64,000 nucleotides of DNA from Squalus acanthias (lineage: Eukaryota), in contig CM059431.1 of NCBI GenBank assembly GCA_030390025.1, positions 151,592,001 through 151,656,000 on the forward strand, in the 5' to 3' direction. The position numbers and the translations under genes were made by a program. The stretch's first letter is position 1, and every line of letters starts with the position of its first letter. Below the pieces are notes generated by a model. The model was given only the letters and a program-made list of their open reading frames with translations. It was not told the origin of the DNA and did no database searches. Of this stretch, positions 13,590 through 23,781 are shown piece after piece.

Positions 13590-15506
13590 CTAATTTGACC
13601 AGTATGTTCTTGGCCCAACTAGGATGGAGGCATTGCTGGATCTGGTGCTGCGGGTTGAGGTGGGTCAGATCGACCAAGTGTCTGTTGGAGAACACTTCGA
13701 TATGACTGATCATTGTATCATAAGATTTAGATTAGCAATGGAGAAGAGCCAGGAACAATCTAGTGTGGAACACCTAAAGTGGAACAGGTCTAATTTAAAT
13801 GGGATGCGAAAGTATCTACCAAGGTTAAAATGGTGAAGAAGGTGAAAAAAAAATGCGTGTATGATTCATGTCAGGTGAATACATCAAGGGAAAATCAGAC
13901 CAAATACAACAAGTGTAGATGGGAAGTGAAGATGAAATTAAGATCGGCAAAGAGAGAATATGAGAGCAGAATGGCGGTTAACATAAAAGGTATCCGAAAA
14001 ATCTTCTACCGGCAGGTAAACAGTAAGCGTGTAGTAAGTGGCGGGGTGGGGCTTATTAGGGACAAAGAAGGTGATAGTTGCTTAAAGGCGCAGGGCAAGG
14101 GAAGAATAGTCAATGAATACTTTGTATCGGTGTTTACTAAGGAGGTGGATGCTGAAAAATATTGGCAGTTTTGGAAAAGGTAGAAGCAATGGAAGGTGTG
14201 AAAATTGATAGACAGGGGGTATTAGAAAGGTTGGGTATGCTTAGAGTGGATAACTCGCCTGGTCCAGATGGATTGCCTTCCAGCTTGCTAAGGGAATTGG
14301 GGGAGGAGACAGTGGAAGAGCTTGCAATATTTTTCCATTCTCCCGTAGGTGCGGGGGTGGTACCTGATTTTTGGAAAGTGACAAATATGACAACATTTTT
14401 CAAGAAAGGGTGGAAGCTTAATCCTATTGACTACAGGCTGGTCAGTTTAACATCAGTGCTGGGTAAAGTTTTAGAAACAATAATCAAGCAAAAATGTAAC
14501 GGGCACTTGGAAGGGTTTAAGCTAAATAAGTATTGCGGACACGGATCTTTAAAAGGCCGATCGTGTTTGACTCATCTCATTGAATTTTTTGATGAAGTAA
14601 CAGGGAGGATTGATGAAGGGAATGCAATGCATGTTGTCTACATGGATGTTCGGATGGCGTTTGACAAAGTACTGACCCCAGCACTAACCCTTGGCAACTC
14701 CACTGTCTACTATCCTCCATTCTGAAAAATAGCCATTTACCACAACTCGCTGTTTTCCACCCTTAAGCCAATTCTTTATCCAAGCTGCCACTGACCCAGC
14801 TTTTCCATGAGGCTGTGTAACAAAATTGATCTTCATGGAAAAGGTGGGTCAGTGGCAGCTTGGATGAAGAATTGGCTTAAGTGTAGAAAACAGCGAGTTG
14901 TGGTAAATGGCTATTTTTCAGACTGGAAGATAGTAGACAGTGGAGTTCCCCAAGGTTTAGTGCTTGGGTCAGTACTTCTTTGATATATAACTGACTTGGA
15001 TATTGAAATACAGCGTACAATTTCAAAATTTGCCGTTGACTCCAAACTTTGGGGCGTGGCAAACAGTGAGGAATATACCAATCGACTGCAACAGGATATA
15101 GTTTTGATTGCAGAATGGGCAGACACGTGGCAGATGGAATTTAATACAGAGAAGTGTGAGGTGATGCATTTTGGCAGCAGGATCAGGGAGAAGCAATACA
15201 TACTTAATTACACAGTTTTAAAGAGTGTGCAGGGAGAGAGGGACCTTGGAGTTGATGTGCCTATGTCCCTGAAGGTGGCAGGATATATTGAGAGAGTGGT
15301 TAGCAAATCATATGGGATCTTGGGCTTCATAAATAGAGGTATTGAGTACCAAAGTAGCGAATTAATGCTGAATCTTTATAAAGCGCTGGTGAGGCCACAA
15401 TTGGAGTATTGCGTCCAGTTCTTGCCACCACACTTTAGAAAGGATATGCAGTCACTTGTGAGGGTGCAGAGGAGATTTTTCGGAATGGTTCCGGGGATGG
15501 GGGGAT
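13590..15506 (+). mobile_element. CR1 LINE ORF2 fragment that hosts the provirus; resumes at 28250-28290
   Basis: SPGPDG, GRSCLTHLIEFFDEVT, SKFAVDSK, LVRPQLEYCVQF; continues after the provirus as GATCTTAGCTACAAGGGCAGGCTGGAGAAG. Confidence 0.88.
14667..14977. repeat. Inverted repeat, ~144-bp arms (14667-14810 / 14833-14977), 22-bp spacer
   Basis: Left arm is the reverse complement of the downstream CR1 sequence with scattered mismatches. Confidence 0.92.
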
Positions 15507-17147
15507 TGCAGAATTCGCAAAATTATCACGATTTTATAAAATAAGAAGGAGACATATAGTTTCGTACAAACAAGCTTTATTTCAGCAGAATGCTGTCAGG
15601 TTTTCAAAGTGGACACAAACAGCCTTTAAAATGGCCGCCACGCCTCGTGGCAGAACGTTCTAGACTTTTCAATGAGCAAACAAGATGGCGTTCCAATAAA
15701 CATTTGTGCGAGATCGGACAAGACTCAGCACATTTGAGATAATTCACAAGACATAATGGGTTGCATTTTACACATAAATACTAGAATCGGTCTCCCAGGT
15801 GCGAATAAGGGCTATTGTACCGAGCGATCAAGAACCCATCCAAAGACATTAATATGCAAAATCCCCACGACTCTACGATGAGAGAGCCGTTTGCGGGTAG
15901 TTACAGAAAGCATTTGGAAGCCCTAAAACCCCTCCAGGGAGAATACTGGCCGGTTCCACAATGGGAGAAGTATTAACGGGTACTCAGACAGTTACAAGTA
16001 TCACCGAAACCCATTAAAAACGGAGATCACCCTATACAAGAAGTTTGAGCGCCAAAACCCTGACAAAAGAAAGACATTAAGATTGGGCGGGAAAAGAGGA
16101 ATTACAGCACTATAACTGTAAGGTACAACCGTCCATCTGCCTCTTGACTCTTGCCTCTTGCTCTTGCCTCCTGACTCTTTGCCGCTTGCCTCGTGTCTCT
16201 GCCTCTTGCAGTTTGACTTGCTGAAAGACTATTGAACTTTCCGATCCGCCAGGATCAACCTCGTGGCTTGCCGCGAAGATCTGTGAAGAACTGGGCTGTG
16301 AAGCCTTGAAACGGGCACACCATCCCGAGAAGTCGGTAAACGGTGTTGGAACCGAAGGCCCGAGATGAGATGAGATGAGATGAGAAGAGAAGAAGATGAC
16401 AATACGTATCGCCACGGTCAGTAAGCCACGACCGCGCCTTTAATCGAATAAACACTTTTCCTTGCACAGGAAGACCATTCTTCGAATTTTATTGCTTCGT
16501 TGTAAGGGCACAGGAAGACTCTTTTTTGAGTAGTGTCGGAACTCCGAGGACAACACAGATCTTCATGACAGCAGACGGTCCAGCCTGCGAGCCGGAGCAG
16601 AAACGAGTAAACAAGTGGGGTACAGAGACCCCTGATCAACACGTGGATAGTCAGGTGCTGCGGTAAAAACATCCGAGCAGAGTTTCGGAATTCTCCGAGT
16701 TATCACGAGTGGTGAGCATGAGTCTCGATCCTACAAATCTAGTTTAGGACAGGTATTGATAGTGGAGGGTTTAAGTTTTAAGGATAATTGTAATGTGTGC
16801 CCCCTTTTACGATGTGTCGTGCGCTCCTCGTTTCCCTAAAATTAGTTACATAACTGCGTGTAAGATTGTACTGTCATTAATCTGTGCTTATGACATGTAT
16901 TTCGTAATCTTGAATAATATGCAATAAAGATTTTCCATTTTGAACTATTCAACCGGGTCTACCTGAGTTTTCTCTGCATTATTGCTCTCGCACCTAAGTC
17001 CAGTTTCAGAACCGTAAGGGCGAGTGGGTCGAACCACTCACAGGTGTCTTGTGTTACCAGGCTGGCTGGAGACCAGAACAGGCAACAAGGACTAACCTCG
17101 CACTAGCACCCAGGCTAAGCACAGAGCCACAGGTCTCACCCCTTACA
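15507..17147 (+). repeat. 5' LTR (1641 bp)
   Basis: TGCAGAATTC...CCCCTTACA; direct repeat of 26586-28249; contains (CTCTTG)n and (GAGAT)n microsatellites, TATAA near 16110, AATAAA near 16447 and 16923. Confidence 0.96.
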
Positions 17148-17152
17148 GAAAA

Positions 17153-17170
17153 TGGCGACCGCGGCAGGAC
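17153..17170 (+). promoter_or_regulatory. Primer binding site complementary to the tRNA-Arg(UCG) 3' end
   Basis: TGGCGACCGCGGCAGGAC is the reverse complement of GTCCTGCCGCGGTCGCCA, the remembered 3' 18 nt of vertebrate tRNA-Arg(TCG); lies 5 nt after the LTR. Confidence 0.88.
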
Positions 17171-17223
17171 ACTGGAAGCGAGAAAATAATGTGTTAGACC
17201 CTGGTATGAATGGGCGAAATGTC

Positions 17224-18957
17224 ATGGAAGAGAGAATAGCAGAATATGTGTTTGGAAAAGTGAATTTGACCAAGAAATGGATAAGTGACCTGCTGGTGGA
17301 TAAGCGTCCACTAGAGGCAGCCGAGAGGTGGACAGATAGCAAGGAACATAAAAAAACAGTGGAGAAAGCGGTCTGGCTGATGTGCTATAAACGACAAGTC
17401 CAAATTTCGGACCAGGTCATCTTAGCGCAGGCAGCTCAGATCAAGAGTTTAGAGGTGAAAATGGATGAGAAGGTCGCGGGGGGGGCAGCAGCTCATCGCG
17501 ACTTTAAATGCGTTGCATCAAGAACGCCAGTTCGTCGCCAACCACCATGAGGCAAAAATAGATTACCTCGAGTGCCAGGTCACTGAGGCAAAGGTAAATG
17601 AGGGCAGATTAAAGGAACGATGTGCCCGCCTAGCTGCCCAAATAAAAGCCCAGGAAGAGAGCTTAACGGGATTAGGGCGGCATATAAGATGGCCCTCGAG
17701 GATAAATTTCAGGGGGCCGATCACAGTGTCTGCCAAAAGGAGATATGGAACCTTAAAAAGGCCTTGAACAAAGCGCACGGCATGGTGTGCCTTATCAGCC
17801 CATCAGCACACCAGCCGCTAATGGATGAGGGATTTCAGAAATCCCCACCGAACAAAGCAGAGGAGGTATTAGCCACTGTGCCCTCCGCGCCACCCAGCTA
17901 TTCGGCAACCTGGGTGAGGGAGGAAGTGGTAGAAGTAGAGAAAGAGCCCACTGAGGTAGAAGTGAAGCCGGGACCGTTGTGTCCGGTCACGGGTATCAAG
18001 AGGGGCCCGAACGGAGCAGGTGGGGAAGAGGGGGATCTCCTCAACCAGCTTGTGTTGCCTCACAGCTCACACCAGCTGAGGGTTATGATCAGTCACGTAC
18101 GGAAGCTGGCCGAGTCAGACGACCCTTCCGTACATTTCAGGGAAGTAGAGCAAACTGCAGCCATTAACGGCTGCGATGATGGGGAAAAAGCAAAAATGCT
18201 GTTATTCTCATTAGACAGCTCGATCCTTCAGTGTCTCTCAGACGAAAGCAAGAGGGGAACTAATACCTATGGGGAGCTAAGAGATGAGGTCCTAGAAGTG
18301 TTGGGAATGGACGATGAAGGTGCGTTCGTTAGATTGGGACGAACAGTGCAGATGGATGGAGAACCCCCAAAGGTTTTTGCCGACAGGCTGTGGCCAGTAT
18401 ACCAGCGTAGCTGCACAGGCGCGCCAGCGCCTCACCGCATAGACGGTGTCGTTTTAACTCATTGGCTCAGGTGTATAGTAGCCAACAGTTTGCCAGCCGT
18501 CAGGGAGCAGGCCAAAGCGTGGTTTGATCCCACTAACCCCGCCACTACAGAGGAGTCGGTCCTAAATCGACTCACAGTAGGGTACCGTAATACCAGGAGT
18601 ACGGGAGCACGTCCCCTTAAGGGAAAGGTGCATGAGGCACGACCCGCAGCCCCGGCTCAAAAGGAGTGGCATCAGGAGGGTAACCACGCCCCGCAGGCCA
18701 GTAATGCTTGTTACGGGTGTGGGAAGACAGGGCATTGGCGCAAGAACTGCAGGAACCCTTGGAAGGAGTCCAGGGATAAAAATCACGCAGTCCGAGCCCA
18801 GGCGCCTGTCTCTGATAGGGGAGCTAGTGCACCTATCCATCCAGATGCGATCGAATCAGTGTTGGGAGCCATGCGCACCCTCATGAGTTCACATGGAAGG
18901 GTGGCGGTTGCTACCGGCCCCGCAGATGCCGCAGCCCCGTCCAATAGTACCCAATGA
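17224..18957 (+). pseudogene. gag: Gag: N-terminal coiled-coil region, capsid-like region, one CCHC zinc knuckle; two compensating frameshifts
   Basis: CYGCGKTGHWRKNC at 18709-18750; ORFs 17152-17550, 17465-17767 and 17620-18957 stitch via shifts at the G8 run (17478-17485) and near 17670; start codon uncertain (17206 or 17224). Confidence 0.85.
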
Positions 18958-21900
18958 CTAGAGCCCGCACAGCCCGTCTACCTGTGTCCGCTCAGCTATG
19001 ATGCGTGGAAGCGACCCCTGGTGGAGATGGAGGTAGAAGAACAGAAGGGTAGTTATTTGTTGGACACGCGAGCTTCATGCACCGTGATTCATACGGATAG
19101 CCATTTTGACTCACCGCTATCTACCAAGGTCCCATTCACATTAGCGGGGTTCACGGGAAAAGAGCAGGCTGGCGCGTTCTCCCTTCCGCTATCCATTCAT
19201 TTAGGAGCACTCCACACCACGTGGAAGTGCATACTGATGAAATGGCAAGAGGGGGGTGGGAGAGGCATCCTCGGATCAGACCTCCTATCGGGGCACGGGA
19301 TCCTCGTGGACCTCAGGAATCACTGTCTCTGGGGGGCTAAGGGTGAAGAAGGCGAGGTAGTGGTAATTCCGGGGGAGGAAGGAACAGGGGCCCTCTGTAA
19401 CATGAAGCCATCCGGAGGCTACGACCTCGGGCTTATGGTCGCGGATGTCCCGACGGACATGCAAACGTACGTGTCAGATAATATGCACGCGTTTGCAACA
19501 CACAAGCACGATTGTGGGAGGGTTACCGGGTTTGAGGTCAGCGTAGATGGGGACCCCATGACCCGGCCCCAAAAGCAGTATAACTTCCCCAAAGAAGCAG
19601 AACCCGATATGGAGACAGCAATGTCCTCCTTGGTGCAGCAGGGCGTGTTGAGGCCGATAGCCACACACGTGAACTCCCCATTATGGCCGGTTAGGAAGCC
19701 GGATAATTCGTGGAGGGCCACGGTGGACTACAGAGTCCTTAACAGTAACATTCCCGCCTGCGCGCCCACGGTAGCAGCAGTAGCTGACCTAATAGGGAGT
19801 ATGACAGCATCCGCGACCACGTTCACGGTGCTGGATATCTCGAACGGTTTTTGGTCCATCCCGCTGCGACGAGAGGACCAGTACAAGTTTGCCTTTACTT
19901 TCAAAGGACAACAGTACACATGGAAGTGTCTGCCACAGGGTTTCCACAACAGCCCCAGTATTTTCCATCAGTGTATGGCAGGAAGTTTAAAGGAGTTTAG
20001 TTAGCACAATCAGATAGTGCAGTACGTGGATGATTTGCTCCTATTTACGGATTCAAGGGAGGAGCATGGACCACTGCTGGCCGAGTTATTGGAGCTGCTA
20101 GCGAGAAAGGGTTTTAAAGTGAACCCTAAGAAAGCACGTATCCGTCAGCAGGAAGTAAAATTCCTGGGGCTGACCATTCGCGCTGGGGAAAGAGCCATAG
20201 ATAAGGCTAGGAGGGAGTCGGTGCAAGAGTTACCGATTCCCAACACCATAAGGGGTGTGAGGTCCTTTTTGGGACTGACCGGTTACTGCAGGGATTTTAT
20301 CGAAGACTATGCGGCCACAGCGGCGCCGCTGCTCCGACTCCTCCATAAGGGAGTGGAGTGGTATTGGGACGAGGGCTGCCAGGCAGCCTTCGAGAAGTTA
20401 AAAAGGGATTTGCAGACCGCGCCAGCTTTAGGGGCCATAGATGGGGGGAAGGAGTTTTTCCTGGAGGTAGCTGCCAACGGGGACAGCTTGAGCGCTGTGC
20501 TGCTCCAAGAGCGTCACGGCAAGCTGAGGCCGGTTGTCTATTTGCCCAGGGTGTTAACGGATGTGGAGAGGAGTTTCTCCAATTGCGAAAGGCACCTTTT
20601 AGCCACGCATTGGGCTGTGAAAAGATCAGCGATCTTCACAGGGCTCTCTCCCATCACTCTCCTCACCCATCACACACCAACTAAGATGCTTCTAGATGGG
20701 AGGATTAAAGATGGGACCGTAAGCAGCGTACGTATTGCGCGCTGGACCCTTCTCCTTTCCCAGATGGATCTTAGAATTAAAGGTCTTTGCGAGCCCAGGC
20801 TTGCGGCCAACTTGGTATACCCCGCTACAGCCCACCAGTGTTCGGTGGAAGGGGTGTGGGAAGTCAACATAGGTTTGCGGGCCGGGATACATCCCACTGG
20901 GCGCGAGATTTATGTTGATGGTTCCAGCACAGTGTCCGCTGGCAAACGATCACAGGGTGTGGAGTTTATGACCCTGCGGCAAACCTTGCCCTGGCGATCA
21001 AGCTCCCTAGCACCATGAGCGCGCAGCAAACCGAGCTGTCTGCCGTGGTGTACGTCGTTACCCACCCAGAAACTTTCCCAACCCCATACACGATTTGCTC
21101 GGACAGTATGTTCACATGCAATTCGTGTACGGAATACCTGGCCATTTGGTCCCGCCGTGGATACACCTCCGCGGACGGACGACCTTTAACGGTGAAGCCC
21201 TTGCTGGAAAAGATCCTAGCAGCAGTAAGGGAGGAAGGGGAGATTTTCATCCATAAGGTGAAGGCTCACTCCTCCACAGAGCCCCGTGGGGAGGGCAACC
21301 AGCAGGCGGATGCGCTAGCCAGGGAGGGTGCCCGCAACGGCATTTTCTGGGACCACTATGGGCCCAGACCCGTGGCAGCGATCCAAGGCAGGGACGGGAA
21401 TCCCGGGAACACCAGGGTAGCATTGCCCCTAGACCTTAAGACCGTCCAGAACCAGGATCCCGCCCTAAAAGCAGTCCTCAGAACCCTTGCTGAGGGGAAA
21501 CAGGTAGAGGGCCCGTACAGTACGGCAACCCTCTCCGTTAAGGAAGGCATGCTGTTCCGCGAGGAGCAGTGGGTTGTGCCGCAGCAGCACAGGATGGAAT
21601 TTCTCCAGTTGGCCCATGAGGGACTGGGGGCAGGGCACCCCGGGCCCGAGGTTACCTGGCAACGGGTAGAGCAAGCGGGATGGTGGCCGAGGCTCAGGGA
21701 GCAGGTCCGCGAGTTCTGTGCAAGCTGTCTCGTGTGCGCTGCAAACAACCCAGACCCCCAGAAAAGGAAAGTGCCCATGGGGCACATCAGGAGGGTAGAG
21801 GGACCGCGGCAGTCGATACAGATCGACTATATAGGGCCGCTGCCCAAAACCCAGGGAGGCTATAAATACTGCCTCGTCTTGGTCGATGTGTTTTCCAAAT

Positions 21901-23504
21901 GGGTGGAAGCTTTCCCCTGTAGAACAGCTACGGCACTGGGTAATGCAAACATCTTGGTCCGGGAAGTGTTCTCGCGGTGGGGACTTCCCCGTTTTGTGGA
22001 GTCAGGCCAAGGAAGTCATTTCACCGTCCAGGTGATGCAGAACACCCTCATGCTTTTGGGCATTGAAGGGAAATGGCATGTAGCGCACAATCCCCAGTCA
22101 TCCGGGATTGTTGAACGCATGAACCGGACCCTGAAGGAGAAATTGAGGAAAGAGACTATGAACTCGCCCCAAAAATGGGCGGAGATTCTGCCTTTAGTCC
22201 TCATGGGGGTCCGGGCCAGTCAGTCGAAAAGTACGGGGTATTCCCCGCACGAGGTGATGACTGGGAGGATCATGCGAACCCCCACCCATGTGCTGGCGCC
22301 GGTGCTCACTGAGGGTCAGCTCCAAGAGATAAGCAGGGAGAAGTTCGTCCAGACCCTCTTGGAGTGCCTGAAGCAGGTTTACGAGCAGGCGGCTGGGAAC
22401 ATGGGAAGGCAGCATCAGGGCAATCGCCTGTTGCTGGAACCCCGCAAAAAGTGAGAGTGGGAAGTAGGAGACCAGGTCATGGTCAGAAACTACGCCAGAG
22501 TAGGGATTCTGGAACCACTGTATATGGGACCCTACAGCATTGTAGATAAGGCGAGCCCCATGGTATACGCCGTAAAGGTACCTCGGCGCACTAAGTGGTT
22601 CCACGTAAATCAGTGCAAACTGTATAAGCCGGGTGCACAAGGGCCTACCACAGGGGCAAAACCTGCGAGTGGGGACTCGCAGCCCCAGGTAGGGCCACAG
22701 GGCACACAGGCAGGCAAAGCAGCTTGCATCAGGGGAGAGGACATCCTAGAAAAATGTGAGATATTTTATTGGGGTTGGGAGACAGATGAGGAAGAGCTCG
22801 AGGAGCTCGACGAAGATAGTGACACAAGCGAGGAGGAGCTGGAATCGGAGGTCGAAAGGGTCGCCCCCGATTCAAGTATAGGGGGGACAGGGGCAGCAGA
22901 TAGAGATCCACAAAGGGTAGAGGCCGAAGCTGCAGGTCCCGAACACAGGGGGGCGGAGCTAGGGGAGGCGGAGCCAGCCGCTGTGGTGGGACCACAGGGC
23001 GTGGCGATGGAAGCCTCAGAGCCCGAGCCGCCCGCCTTGAACGTCTTGCCCTCGAGGGAGGTAGGGACTGTGAGTGAAGGGCCGCCTACTGGGCCAAGTA
23101 GGGCGGTGCCACAAGCTGCAGATCCCGAGTTCAGGGAGGCGTAGTCAGGGAAGGCGGAGCCAGCGACTGTGGTGGGACCACAGGTCGCCACGGTGGAAGT
23201 CTCGGAACCCGGTCCGTCGGTCCTGAAGTTCCTGCCCCCGGTAGCTCTCCGTAGGTCAAGTCGGACACCCCAGCCCAGGAAGATATGGTCAAGTCCCCAG
23301 AGTGTCCCAAGGCGTAGGTTCAAGGCTAAGGCAGCCCAGGGAGAGCCCAGTCACAGCGCAGCAGCAACAGGCTGCGGCAGATCAAAGGAGGGGTCAACGC
23401 CCTCCCACCGTTGGGAGAAGCCTGCGCAGCAACCGCAGAATTTGAGTAGGCCGCCCTGGGAACGGGCGGCGCTGAACAGTGATAAGTTTAGGATGAGTTT
23501 ATAA
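18958..23504 (+). pseudogene. pol: Pol: protease - RT - degenerate RNase H (tether) - RNase H - integrase - acidic C-terminal extension
   Basis: LLDTRAS (DTG mutated); NSPLWPVRKP, LPQGFHNSP, QYVDD; IYVDGSS..SAQQTEL..CSDS..KVKAH..GNQQADALA; HHCC zinc finger; QIDYIGP..ESGQG..GIVERMN. Stops at 20002, 22452 and 23142; frameshift near 20950. Confidence 0.93.
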
Positions 23505-23590
23505 GTTTATAGTTTTAAATCAGGTTAAGCATAAGTTTATAGTTTTAAATCAGGTTATAAGGTTATAGTTTTAAATCGGTTTAAGTCGGT
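23501..23590. repeat. Three tandem ~26-30 bp AT-rich repeats between pol and env
   Basis: ATAAGTTTATAGTTTTAAATCAGGTT x3 with small variations. Confidence 0.85.
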
Positions 23591-23781
23591 AGTATAATTT
23601 TGTTTAACAGAAAGAGGTAAAATAATGGGAGTTTTTAGAGATAGGAATAGTTAAAGTGTATCCAGCGCACATGTCTTCTTACTTGAGGCGAGGTCAGGGG
23701 ACCCGCTCACCCTTCACAAAAGCCAGAGACTCTTGGGAGGCTGGCTACCTAATTCTATCTGATCACAGGAACCAAGGAAGG

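Noticed and set aside
16110..16672. Antisense ORFs in the LTRs (also 27179-27774) as accessory genes
   Set aside because: Reading frames differ between the two LTRs, cross microsatellites and show no recognisable domain
22766..23323. 185-aa Ser-rich antisense ORF in the provirus
   Set aside because: Explained as the mirror of the GC-rich, Glu-rich pol tail; no independent support
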